Positions 46,532 through 59,500 of a stretch of 64,000 nt of DNA are shown one piece after another. The stretch comes from Hyphochytrium catenoides (taxonomy: Eukaryota > Protista > Hyphochytriomycota), in assembly GCA_900088475.1 (NCBI GenBank), contig FLMG01000016.1, positions 24,304-88,303 of the forward strand. Reading direction: 5' to 3'. A program made the translations under genes and the position numbers. The stretch's first letter is position 1; every line of letters starts with the position of its first letter. Under the pieces are notes generated by a model. That model did not search any database. It was not told the origin of the DNA and worked only from the letters and a program-made list of their open reading frames with translations.

Positions 46532-49138
46532 ATGGCACGGTGGGGTGTTATTGTCCTTCTGCTTGTGGGTGCTCTCTCTCAGATCTGTACTTCGTATGGC
46601 TCCCGGTTCTCACTTAGCGAGCTCGCGGACTTCAAGAGCGAAGCTCGCGGCATGTTCTATCATGCGTACAACAGCTACAAGGAGCATGCATTTCCTTGGG
46701 ACGAGCTCAGGCCGCTGTCCTGCCGAGAGAGAAGGTGGGACAAGAGAGAGCGAGGCCACATGGACGACTCGCTGGGAGGGTTCTCTCTCACACTCATTGA
46801 CTCCTTACCTTCTCTCGCGGTTCTTGCTGACAAGAAGGAGTTTAGCTGGGCGGTCAATTGGGTGATAAACAATATCTCTTTCGATAGAGATGTCGAGGTC
46901 TCGGTTTTCGAAGTGACAATCCGAGTTTTGGGCGGCTTATTGTCTGCACACCAGCTGGCTATGGATCCGAGTTTGAAGCTAATGGACGATTATGATGGCG
47001 GTCTATTGAGACTAGCTCGGGATTTGGGAGAAAGACTTCTGCCTAGCTTTCAGACTCCTACTGGGATCCCTAAGCACAGAGTGAATCTAAAATATGGGAT
47101 GATCCCAGGAGAAACAAATGAAGCTTGCACAGCGGGTGCCACAACCCTTCTTCTAGAGTTTGGTGTCCTTTCCCGACTGACCGGGAATCCCGATTTCGAG
47201 CGGGCAGCAGGACGAGCAGTAAAGGAGATCTGGAGCCGAAGGTCTCAGCATGATCTCGTGGGAGGATCCATTGATACAGCTACGGGTAACTGGCTAAACA
47301 CAGCTACAACCATTGGAGCGGGCATCGATTCCTTCTATGAATATCTGCTGAAGAGCTACATTCTCTTTGGAGACAATGAGTGGTATGAGATGTTCAATTC
47401 CTCTTACCATGCTGTACAAAAGCACCTTAGATTAGGAGACTGGCATGTTCAGGTGGATATGCACGGAGGCAAGGAGTCCGTTCGCGCGTACCACGTTTCT
47501 TCCTTGCAGGCCTTTTGGCCAGGGCTGCAGGTGTTGGCTGGGGACATTCTTGGCGCGTCATTGACGCACAACAGTCTGCTCTCCCTTTGGAAACGATTCG
47601 ACGGTCTTCCCGAACTTTATGACTTGCACAGCAAAGAGATTATTGATTGGGCAAAGGTCTATCCCCTTCGTCCAGAACTGCTGGAGAGCACCTACCACTT
47701 GTATGAAGCCACAAAGAATGACTTCTACGTTGAGGTAGCTGTAGACATGATGAAGACTATTATTTCGACCAGCAAAGTGCAGTGTGGTTACGCAGCCGTC
47801 CAAGACGTCCTGACGCGAAAGCTTGAGGATCGTATGGACAGCTTCTTCCTCTCTGAGACTGTCAAGTACCTCTATCTCATCTTCCATTCTGCGCTGGAGC
47901 ATCTGGAGCATCAACAGTCACTCTCCACTAGCCTTTGGCCTTTGTCTTCAAGAGATGCATTCACTGGGCTGAATTCAGACACGTTGCGCCATCCGAACAC
48001 AAGCAGGTCACCCTTGTCAAGACTGGTCTCAAAAGCGGTATTTACCACGGAAGGTCACATCTTGCTACCATCAGCTATACCCAGAGGATCTGATTGGCTG
48101 CATGGTAACACAAGCCAGGCGATGCCTTCTCCAGAACAAGAGTTGAAGAGGCAATGCCTACATGCAGACGGGCGTGTACAGGTATTCAAGGTGCTTTCCA
48201 GCTACTTTACCTAGTCTAGGCCTATCCTTGTATTTAATGTATTGTTCCATACTCGCCTTTGCTTTTGCCATATGTGTCCAGAAGCAACATCGTGGAATCT
48301 CTGCGAGCCGAAAGCAATATAAAAGACCAGAAGGACCGAAGAGGACGAAAGCCAAAGGAAGAAAAGGCAAAATTGGACCAGCTAAGGTCCATATCGCAAT
48401 CATGCCTCCGAAGAATGACTTCATTCACAAAGTCTTTATGGACGACGGCGGCCGGCCGTCCTACGACTTTTCACAGAGACAACGACGTATGTTAGAGAGA
48501 GTAACCACCGAGGGCATCAACTCAGCTTTCGGGCCCCAATTTAGTGAGGGAAGAGAGGAACTGAGCGGTGTATTGGCCATTGTGGGAAGGCCGTCCCGTA
48601 GATCCGCCCTGGCATGTGACAAGGTGACAGAGGTATGAATCTCGATGTAGGGCATTCCTTAAGAGGTTCCTAACTGCTCCCGTAACTCTAGGATCTGAAT
48701 GGCACCATTGCGTTGGTTCAGAGGGGTCACTGCACTTTTGTAATGAAGGCTAGGAACGTTCAGGAGGCTGGCGGCATAGGCCTTATCGTGGCAGATAATG
48801 GAGAGGGCGACTTTGAAGAAGGAAGCGTCCTTCAAGACGATGGTTCAGGTCACGACATAAGCATCCCGACTACTATGATCCCCTACAACAGTGCCCGAAT
48901 GCTTAGGAAGAGGTTACAGAGAAGCGCACTTGCCGTCCATATCAGTATATGGAGCAAGCCATTCAAAAGCAGGCCAGAGTCAACTAAGCCTGCACAGCTA
49001 CAGCTCGGAGCCATTGCAAGCGTGGGTTCGTTCCTGGCTTCGCTGCAGAACTTTCTGAATGCAGCTGAGAGTTCTTCAAAGGAGAGCTTAGTCGCGGAGG
49101 GGAAGCCAACAGAGACAGCTGTCGTAAATCCCCTATAA
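46532..49138 (+). CDS. EDEM: ER degradation-enhancing alpha-mannosidase-like protein (GH47 + PA domain, EDEM3-like architecture)
   Basis: Signal peptide; MFYHAYNSYKEHAFPWDELRPLSC, SVFEVTIRVLGGLLSAH, GAGIDSFYEYLLK, YPLRPELLEST, EDRMDSFFLSETVKYLYL, FTTEGH; PA domain ALVQRGHCTFVMKARNVQEAGGIGLIVADN. Confidence 0.95.
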
Positions 49139-49820
49139 TATTTATCGTAAGGCGTGCCATGGCATGCCTTGACCAAACCTCATGCTTTGCGGCTCCGATA
49201 GCTCAGTGCAAAGAATGTTCAGTAAAAGCAAAAGGGTCGACTTGCATTGTAGAAGCCCTCCCTCGTCTTTCTCATGATACATATCTGGTGGCCATTGTCA
49301 TTCCAAAGCAGCGGTGGTTCTGCCTTCTATCTCTTGCCTTTATTGACCAAGGGCTGCTGGTCCTTGATCTCTCTTCCTGTCGAGGTAGTAGCTTGACAGT
49401 CATGCAGCCCCGGACTCGTCAAGCTTCTCCTCAACATCAATGACAAGCCGTCGTCTGGTCTCAGGATGGTGCAGAATGGAAACGCTGCTTTCAGAATGAC
49501 GCTTTGCTGGTGATGGATACACTAGTTTCCTCAGTACGATTTTAATCTATCTTTTATAGGAGAAAAAATTTTAATTCTTCCTGAGGGTTAAACTACCCTC
49601 TGGCATGCAGCGCCATGAAGCTTTAGGCACAGCACGATCTCTTTTTATATATGTCACTTTCACTTTATTCGCTCTTTATTAAGATTTTTTTCTTTTATAG
49701 AGTTTTCAGAGCAACAAGTATTCTGATGGGCAACTCTGTAGGACAGAGCTGGATGACAGCAGGTCACTCACACTGATCACTGCCCTCGACCGAAAGCCGG
49801 AGCACACAGCATCCTTGTAG

Positions 49821-52800
49821 GGAAGGAGCTGCAAACCCGATAGATGGGCACCGACCAAGGAAGGAGATTGCCCTCTGCCTGCGCTTGAAAGCCCAAGGAA
49901 GAGCGAGGGAACGGAGCTACCGGTAGCGATGCAGTGCATGAGGAAACACCTTGACCTTATGGCTTCTTCCCTCGTTGGGCCGACGCACAAGCGAGGAAGA
50001 GGCACTTCCAATGGTGGCAGGGATAGAAGGCGGCGAATGAGAAGCCGAGCTGATGACAAAGCCCGCTCAAGGGACCATGCACTGGCTTCAGAAGAGTGGA
50101 GGGAGGTAAACAGGAGAGAGGTTTATGAGTGGCTTGGGGACGCGGTGCTGTCAGAGGTTGTGTGTCGCCTTCTCATTGAGGCATCAACCTGTAAGCACGG
50201 TAGACTGTCTATAAGGTACCCCTACTAGTCTCGACTATGGCTTCTACTCCTGCTTTCTACCACGGCTCTCGCTTTTCCCCGTGCTCAGTCGTCCTGCTCT
50301 TTCTTCCTCTCTTGGTCCTAGGTCGATACTGCCGGTCTCATACTTCAAGCTTCTACTAGAGCGAATCCTTGAAAATGACCACCTAGCTGACTCACTCTTC
50401 CACCTGCACAACGGACTTGCCATTGACCTAGAACTGCAGGGTCACTCCCAAAAAGTGAAGGTGCGCTAAGCTGTGGACCCGTATTGTTCCTCTTTCTTCC
50501 AGCGTCGCGCTTCTAATAGCCAATCTAGACCTCACGAGCTTTTTGTCCTAGCAGTAGCCCTTCTAAGTACGATCCGCATCGCTTCTGTCTATCTTGCTTC
50601 AGCTCTCAGATGGGACAAATGTGCATTCTTATAGGATAGTCTGCCTTCTACACAGCCATTTTGTTCCTTGGGCATCACTTCATTATCTTTTTCCTTGGCA
50701 AACCTTTGTCTCCCCAGGCGGACTTGGTGGAAGCTACGGCCGGAAGACTAGCCCACCTATCTTACCTGCATCCACAGTCCTCACAATATTCAGCAGCCCT
50801 CGACGCCATTCTCTCTAGGGTCCTCCGAGCCCAGGAGAAGTTCTACTCCTCACTCTTGGACGCTGAGACGCTAGGAGACGGGCTTCTCAGTGTGGGCAGT
50901 GCCCTTTCTCCTCATGCACTCTCCGCATTAGACTCCTTCTGCTTATGTTGCGACTGTACGGAAGAGCCTCAACAAGAAGAAGAGGAAGGGCCAGTTGGGC
51001 TAGACGAGAGCAGTGATGTCGGCAAAGAGTTGCAGTCACTCAGAGGCAGGTTGAATACTTGCTTAAGAGCACATTGTGGGTCTTGTGTGAGACATGTGGA
51101 CGAGACACCTGACTGCAAACTGACGGCTTTCTTATACCTCAAGCAGTATGGACTCAGTCTGAGCACAGGCAAGTGACTCTTTAGAGGTTGTCGCTTTTCT
51201 CGAAGCTCTATCTGTTCTGCCAATCTTCCTTCCCTTCTCTGTGCTACTCACCCTGTCGGCTATCGAATGTTTCGTTATAACTTGTCTTCTGGGTCTAAGT
51301 CGAACCATCTTCTTTGCTGGCCAGAAAGGATAAGTTCCTTCATCTTTGGCTCTCAAGGATCACAGATGACACCCGCTGTGCTCACTAAGACAAGGCAGCA
51401 ACTTCTTTCTCTAAGTACATTAGAAACGGTGGCGACGATACTAGGTCTTGAAAGTCATCGATGGGCCATGAGGAATGAAAGTGAGCACGGTCGTGAGGAG
51501 GGGCTGCCGAACCCAGAAAGCTGCTCGGAGACCTCTCGGATAGCCTTCGGTCCCGATCTTCTCAGGGCAGGGTTGGCGTCCCTGCAACTCTCGGGACGCG
51601 GTGGCGATGTCGACACCATCTGCGCCTTGATTGCTTATATAGGACAGAACAACAAGCTTGACGCTACAACCTCTTCACTTTGTCTCTGGAAAGAAGAAGG
51701 ATTTGCCCACTTCAGAGAGAATAAGTGGTTGAAGGGAAAACGGGGCTTCTCCTTTCTCTCCCCTCTAACGAAGTCTGCGGTGTGCAGCCTCCAGACCTTA
51801 CAAGCAACCTTTGACTATTATGCAAACAATAAGGAGTTCCGTATGGGCGTCCTACGCTCTAGGGATTCGTCCCACCGTCCCTCTTGTCCAAATTGTGCCG
51901 ATGAGATACGGAAGAGGACAGATACCGGGGACAGAGGCGATTGCCAACAGTCGAGCAAGAGTAAGGAGACGAGGAAGAGGAAGAGATCACTATCAGGTAA
52001 CTAAGTTGGCCAGAAGGTCTGTTGCTTTTTGGCAGCTTTTCCTATTGCCTGTCCCTGTGCCTCCTGATCTGACTCAAACTTGCACCGGGGATGGTCAGGT
52101 TAGTTGTGTTAAGGTTTTTGCCGATGACTCTTGGCCTCAGTGACTATGTCGTCAAGCTAGACTAGTTATAGTCGCTCTTAAATCACCTGTTATGCAGACT
52201 CCAGCCGACACGGAAAAGGACAGACAGGGGATCATTTATTGAAGGCTTCACGGTTTTCAAGAATCCGAAAGCCAACGAGACAAGCCATGGTGCGAATGGC
52301 AGAAAGCGAGCTGCTGAGCTTCATAGAAACCTCGATCCTCTTGGCCCTGAAGGTGAATCGACCGCACCGTTCCGTGCATCTACTTTGACCTGACCAGCAC
52401 ATTACTTCCTTCTGGCCTCCGTATGTCCTGGACAGACTGTTCGGCAACAGGAGCAGATTGAGCCACAGGATCTTCTCCTCACACTTCGAGGTCTACCCGG
52501 GTTTCTGGACGACTATGAGAAACTTACCATCTCATCTGAGGGAACAGGGGACATGAAGATGATGATTCCCCTATCAGACCCCTTCTACCGTCTCTTGCTT
52601 CATGGGCTCTGCGAATTCCATGGCCTTCTCTCTTCAAGTACGTCCGTTGGATGTTGAAGTGGGCCGTAAGGCTGTCAGGAATGTCTCCTCCTTCGTTTGC
52701 CCCTTCCGTTTCGTTCCCTTCTTCTATCGTGCAGCGCTAATGCTGTCTCATCGCAGGTCTAGCAGAGGGTAACCCGGGAAAAGTGGTGGAGATCACACTG

Positions 52801-52875
52801 CCTAAGGCTATTGCGTCAGCTGACGGTGAACCCTTCAAAGACTTCATCTTAAGCTATGACGGAGCTTGTCATTAA
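49821..52875 (+). CDS. RNase III-domain protein with degenerate second RNase III-like region and C-terminal R3H module (spliced fusion); 5' start uncertain (in-frame ATG at 49929)
   Basis: REVYEWLGDAVL and KVK|ADLVEATAG (RNase III); TPAVLTKTRQQLLSLSTLETVATILGL (RNase III-like helices); PFYRLLLHGLCEFHGLLSSS (R-x3-H). Exons 49821-50215, 50322-50460, 50718-51168, 51358-51996, 52198-52352, 52451-52637, 52757-52875 are all phase-compatible. Confidence 0.78.
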
Positions 52876-53494
52876 ACATAGGGGATTGGAGAGGCATGAA
52901 CCAGGCTACCACGTGCTGAACTTTCATCACAGCTTTCATATAGAAGTAGCAGATTATATGTACATAATGTACCCTAATAATCAGCCTCAATGGGAGACAA
53001 GCAACTTATGCTTCTTATAGAATTAACCTTTGACACTACCAGGGCGGACTATCTCAATAGGGAGAGGAGGGTCTCTCACATAAGAACAAGCCCGGTCTAC
53101 TTTCAGGCATAGTGCTTCTCCCTCTTAGGGGGTCTTTCCGAAGGAGATAATATGAGATTAAGGCACTATGTTCCACTTCATCAGGTGTAGGTTTCCTTAG
53201 GCCTTCCTCAGTGTAAGAGGCGAACAGAGGGAGCACAGGAAGATATTGATAAAGCGAAGGTTTCCCTTTCGTCCAGGCGGCTGCGAGAACAGCATTTATA
53301 TTCTCTCCACACACTTCTTCATTGCTAAGCACAATCAGAACACACTCTCTGTGATGCAATAAGCCATAGCAAGCCCATAGCTTTTATTATGTGCGACAGG
53401 CATCAGAGGGTCAGGGGAAGTTGAGGAGGATGGGTACAAAGGCTTCAGTTTCTTTGAGGTCAGATCCTGCTGGTCAAGCACTCTCTCTCTCTCT

Positions 53495-55044
53495 TTACTT
53501 CTTGGAGGGCTTCTTTGCAGCGGTCTTGGCCTTAGGAGCATCCTTAGGCTTCTCTGCCTCCTTCTTAGGAGCATCCTTCTTGGGCTTGGTCTCCTTCTTG
53601 CCCTCTGCCGCCTGGTACTCAGCCTCACGCTGGAGGCGCTGAGCCTCAGCGCGAGCTGCACGGCGCTCGGTCTTGTTCTTAGCCCTGAAGGTTAATAGAT
53701 AACAATAACGCAAGAACAAGACAGGCAATACACGAAGCAAAGTCAGCGGACTGCGTCTTAAGAGGACTGTAAAGTAGCGACGTACTTCTCCTTGCGGGCC
53801 TCAGCCTGCTCGTTGAGAGCCTTCTCACGTGCCTTCTCAGCCTTCATCTTATGGATGGTCTCCATAAGTACACGCTGTCACGGAGAAGGTTATTGGCATC
53901 ACGTCTTTACCCTCCTCAGTAGTAAGTAAGACATTCTTACCTTGTTTCTGAACTGGTTACCCTTAACGGACATGTACAGCTGATGGTAAAGATGCTTGTC
54001 GATCTTCTTGGCATCACGGTACTTCCGGAGCAGACGGCGGAGAACACGCATACGCCTCATCCAGATAACCTAGTTAGATCACGGTCAGCACGAAGGTAAA
54101 TTCTAAACTTATGTGGCTTCTAAAAAAAAAGAATATGGGGATAATGACAAGCAAGAAAGTGGAGGTTGTCGTCTGGTGTTTAGTAGAGGACTTCAGTGGA
54201 TAGCTGAGGTTCTCTGTGGAGACAGAACCCGGTTGTCTGGCCGGCGCCAAGTAGCTTGGCGGTTCGTATAGGCGATGAAGAGGGCACTCTATCGTCACAC
54301 TCTAGACCTTTCGGTCTAGAGCATTAAAAGCGCGCTTAAGGTTCATACGCCATCAATAGGAAGAGCATAGTGGAGCACAGCTTTTGCTAGTACGCGATTA
54401 GGGAAGAAGCTATTGGATAAAATTGCATGTTTACCTTGAAAGGAAGTCTGGCGTTGGCAGTACCGCGTCTCTTACCGACGCCAGTGTGACGGCCCTTGCG
54501 CTTGGCCTCATTTCTTCTGGTGAAGCGAGCGCGAGAGTGGATTACCGCAGGCTTGCGGATGACAAGACCATCCTATATGGGAGAAGAAACAAATAAGCTC
54601 CCTTGAACAAACATCTATGGGCACGCCTAGGAAATCCAAGCATCTGTGACAAGATGTACCTTGACCAGCTTGCGGATGTTCTGGCGAGAGTTTGCCAGAG
54701 CGATCTCGTTGACCTCATTAGGGTCCAACCAGATCTTTCGCTTACCGCACTTGAGTACGGAAGCTGCAAGACTGTAAAAGAAGAGGAAAGAATTAGCACT
54801 AATGGACAAGAAGCTCCTGTTCATAGCTGCTGAAGCCACTCATTAGCTCTTCCGGTAGGACGGGAGAGTACGCTAGTGCTTTCTAAACCGAAACGCTCTC
54901 GAACCTCACGAATCAAGCTCAACCAGTATTTCCCCTGCCCAACCGAGCTCCTTCACATCATTTAAGCTCCCCCGCCATCAAAGCTACCTACTTGGGGCCT
55001 TTCACAGTCTCCACTTACCGCTTCTGAAGCCTCAAAGACACCAT
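53495..55044 (-). CDS. RPL19: 60S ribosomal protein L19 (eL19), multi-exon
   Basis: MVSLRLQKR|[105 protein letters not shown]. Confidence 0.99.
54190..54360 (-). ncRNA. Putative intronic structured RNA (box C/D snoRNA-like) in RPL19 intron 54070-54434
   Basis: Several hairpins including CTCTAGACC-GAAA-GGTCTAGAG; CTGA preceded by TCAGCTATCC, complementary to LSU rRNA GGATAGCTG; imperfect box C candidates GTGACGA and TTGATGG. Confidence 0.55.
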
Positions 55045-56540
55045 GGTTCTCTCTGACCGGCCGTCGACCTACTAATAAAATCTTCCCTGAAGCTTCAGCA
55101 ACAGCTTCGGAGGCTCCACCTGCGGCCTCAGAAAAAGCGCTGGCGGCGCGCGCTCGGCCATAGAACCACGGTCTTCAAAATAATAAGATGGCCTCACAAG
55201 GCGTTAAGACCATGTTTAGCGGCGTAGTAATAAGTAGAGGCGTGGGTTAGGGATAGTAATAACTGGTTTGCCAGAGAGAAGACGAAGACAGGTGTTGCTA
55301 GTAATAGGCGTCCCCGCCTACCACCAGTGATATTCCTCTGGGTCAATATACCTGTCAAATACAAAAATTTGAGTTTTGGCTATTTGACAATATAAGCAAA
55401 GTTCAGTACGAAAGGGGCAAACCTCAATTTTGCAACATAATTCACATTTCTTTTTTGCCATGCTAAGTGTGAATGTGTTTGCTACGGGGATTGTAAAGTC
55501 CCACGGCGCTGGAAGCCCAGTCATCACCCGTCTCAAGAAAGCTCTCAAGAAGTATCTTCGGCCGCAGGAGCTCCACCACACAGAGCGTGGCAGAGGCGAT
55601 GACAGAGATCGCTAAGCAGGATCCTGAGCGTCTGAGTCTCCGTCTGGAGCCCAGTCAGTCAGTTGGACAGTGGCTTGCTTCATCGCAATCAACCTTTGGT
55701 GCTTGACAAATGAAGTTGAAGATTAGAGAAGAGGAGTTATGCTTGCCAGAGCTCGCACTTTCGCGACATGAGAACTCCGTCACCCTTGGACCAGCTATGG
55801 TCGCTATGTGATCCACACTTTGAGCTCGTTCTTTAAGAGTGAGATATCAAGCCACGTCGTATACGCTTGCTATGCTGTAGAACCAATTCCATCGGTGTCT
55901 AGCTTCGAGGTCGGTGAAGCGGCCTCGTCACCAATGAGTAGAAGCAGATATCACATGTGTTGCAAATGCTATTGTCGGGCTTGTGTCCGGGGATGAAAGC
56001 CTCTAAAAGGAAGCGCATATCTGACAATCTCCTTTGAGACCCCACCGTTTCTTCCCACTCTCTTCCTATATCACCATCTCTATATCCACTCATCATTCAT
56101 TGGAGAAAGTTGGATTGCTGATGACTTCCGGATTATGAGAGCTGCAGGACAGACGCAATAGCATTTTACTTTACATCACACTACAGCTTCTGCCTTCGTC
56201 ACCGCCTGAAGGCGTCTCTTTCTCTATACTGGGCTCACTAGAATCACTATCCCGAGGCGGGCTGTTGTCTTGTCCAAGTCGTGGCGAACGTTGGCTGTCC
56301 TCACCTTTTTCTTCAACTAACAAGCAAACAAGGGTTATAAACTGTTGATAGTGATTGGATGAAAGGACCTCTAAGACATAGTAAACCTAAACACTTATTA
56401 TCGAAAGGAAACTTGATTGATTGATGGAGAGGACCCCGGCGGAGTAGTGAACTAGACATGGCAAGGGCAATAATTGGTGAAAGCCATGCTTTCCGCCGCA
56501 GGACTGATCCTCATAAAGTCATACGAGTAAGCGGCTTAGG

Positions 56541-59500
56541 CTAGAAGTAAAGAGAACGTCTGGCATGCTTACCTTTGCTTGTGGGTCGCTCTTCATCTTC
56601 CATCTTGTCTCCTTCCTTTGACTGAGTTACAAGTTTTCTAAATCTCGCCAGTTCCTCCACTGATACGACCGTGGCGTTCCTTAGCGCCACTTTGACACCT
56701 GAAGCGCCGCTGACATTTGCTGCGTCTGTGTGTATCTGAAGTTTGAGTGGCTGGTAGGGCAGTCCACACGGGTAGACGATACTCTCCTTCATGTAAGTGG
56801 GCGCATTCTCCAACATGCCTAATACGGCTTGCATTCCCAGCTCCAAGAGAACAATTTCCTATGAATGTAGACATCATGGCAATCGAAGAGGGAGGGTCCA
56901 TTGAAGGATCGAAAGGGAACATGAAGATGCGGAAAACATGGACAGAGAGAAAGAGGTCAACGAGGTTCCTGCTAGGTCGTAAATTCACGAGAAGCATAGG
57001 CTAGTTGGGGCACCTGAAGGTTGGGTCTCTCTGGAGCTCCCTTTGAGAATGCTAGGGGGAGAGGGTACTTGTCTGCTTTATGATCCGCATCGTCTGCCAA
57101 GTCCAGGTTAAGCCTGAGAAGCGTGTCGTGAGCGAAAGACACGTTACATGGAAGCCCAGTAGAAGCTAGGAGACTCACACTACCTCAGATAGGCATCGGT
57201 GGCTAGCTAGAATGAGTAATGTCACACTTAAAAGAGTTCAGCTCATAGAATAACCAGGATAGAGAGGAAGACCCCGCAGGTCAAGGGCTGCGCATGGTGT
57301 AGGAAGACTGATCGACCGTCCGCCCAAGGGCTAGCTTTCTTTTTCGTGGCCCGACCTGTCAATGAGCTCATGATCATCAAAGGGTATCATGGTCACTGTC
57401 TCAAATATAAGTGAGAGCTCTCTCTTGCTCCAGAAAGTCTGGCCAGGACCCAACGATAGATATTGTTGACAAAACTTCTTGTGGGTTGGCCAGTCTTGAC
57501 GCTGTATATCATAGAAGGACGAGAGCAGACTGTAAGACAGTGACGAAGTATGACGCTAAAGAAAAGGGGACAAAAAAGCTATTGACAACGGAGCGACGGC
57601 GCAAAAGAAATCAACGCAATGACAGGCTAGGGGTTTCGATTGTGGGGGAGCCCCATGCTGTCACCTGAGCTTCTTGATCAACGTAGAAGACTGACTTGCA
57701 CCGCGTACAGCGCTTAAGCTTCTCCTTAGTCTCCTGCATAGACTTCCGAGTGAAGTTGCACCTAGCATATTGGACACACAGGAAGAGGGACAGGTTGAGA
57801 GGGTTAATAGTCCCAGAACAAGAGGACCACATATCGAGATAGCAGGCGCATAAGACAAAGAGACGAGAGGTAGCCAAGAGATGACGATACGCGATACTAC
57901 AATAAGGAGACCGATTGGCCGCCTATCATGTCAACATGAGTCACAAGACCAGCGTCCCAATCTCTCTTCCTTGATAAGAACTCATCTCTCCGTGCCTCTT
58001 ACCTCTGAAGTAGTGGATCTTCCAGTCTTGCATTCTTTATGTCTCCTGGCAATACACGGTGTTCCAGATCTGCCTGGCAGAAGAAAAGACCAAGGCCCTT
58101 CCCTCCTCCTCCAGCACCTAGAACCGAGAGGAAATATCGTCCGGCGGGGATGACGGTCTGCTGCTCACCAGGTCTTCCAATCTAATGCGGGAAGCAAGCC
58201 CACGGAGTTGTAGCGACGAAGAAGGTGCCGAGATAGTCACGAAGGCAAAAGCCGAAAATCAGCGCTTAGAAAGACGCTTGTCGTACTTAGGCGGAAAGAC
58301 AAATGTGCTAACTGAAGACGTGTTGTTGGACAAGAAATAAATGACTCATAGAGAAAGGAAAAGCGAGCTTGACCAAGCAAGTATCACCTGCATCTCGTCA
58401 ATAACTTCCATTTCTATGCCCTGGCGTTCAAGCAGCTGTTTCCAAGGCTCGCGCTGGCGATATCTTGCGGCCGTACTGTACAATGCCTTCACGACGTGGA
58501 CGTTACGGTCTGACGGCACCATCAGCCCTAGGCAATTAGAGAAAAAGCGGGAGAACAATTAGGTGCGCTGAAGGAACCAACAAGAGAATCAGCGCACCGC
58601 AATTTCCTTGGCTCGGGGAGACGGTCACGACTCAACAGCGAGATGAGAAACTAACGCGAGGGAAAGGAAAAATGAAAGCACAGGACAAGTGAGAGTGGAG
58701 GCTAGCCCACCTGGTCGCTCGCCAATCTCACTGCTAGCTGCTATGTCCTTCTTGACAAGGTACTCCGAAAACTGTCTGCGGTCAAGGGGAAGGCATTTAC
58801 ACCCAAGGAATGGGGCCACGCAGTCGTCTCCAAGAGCTTTTTCTCTCTCGTGGGCGCTATGTGCTCTCTCTCTTTCTCCTTCTTGCTCCGTTTATCTTTA
58901 CTTCCCTCCAGTTTGGCTCTTATGTCGGTCTCTCTTAAGGTGCTGTCCTTGTTTGCTCACCTAACATGCTCATCTATTCCTTCGGACTCTGAAAGCTTCG
59001 AGACCTCGATACCTATCGCGGCCAGACTCTTAGAGAGAGCGCCAACATAGGCAGGATCTGGAAACACAACTTTATCGGGTCGATGCTGAGGAATCCCCTG
59101 TCAAAGACTGTTAGCTAGGCAGGAGACCAATGAAGCCCATTCACAAGGAAGACCGCCATAGCGGCTTGAAGGATACCAGAGAGATCCACAAACAATGGAC
59201 ACTGATCATCCTTAGCGTTGGTATAAAGAGTTTTGCACAGACTAAAGCAGCCGCAAAGAGACAAGTGTTCAGAGCAACCCGATGAGAGAGAGTAAAGACA
59301 GAGACTCTCGAATTAATTACCTCGGGCGGCTTCTCCATCGCCCGTATAATTTGATGGAGAACTTGCTTTTCATCGGGAGATGTCTCAGGAGGGTCGCACA
59401 CGTGCCTTGTAAGGACCTAGAGTGCATGTTACGAACGCACAGTTTACACGGAGGACGTCAAGACTCGATGAATCCGGCCCAACCAGTGAAGGCGCCGCTA

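Noticed and set aside
8939-49138. Apparent ER/glycan functional cluster (MPI, VAP, TMEM41, EDEM, branching enzyme)
   Set aside because: Genes are interspersed with unrelated housekeeping genes and no shared regulatory signal is visible; likely coincidence.
54341-54350. GTTCATACGC resembling a stretch of vertebrate U13 snoRNA
   Set aside because: It is on the strand opposite the host gene and the 18S 3'-end antisense elements of U13 are missing; no U3, U14, U17, MRP or SRP hallmark motifs were found either.
55180-56100. Possible small plus-strand gene divergent from RPL19
   Set aside because: No consistent spliced reading frame or recognisable domain could be built.
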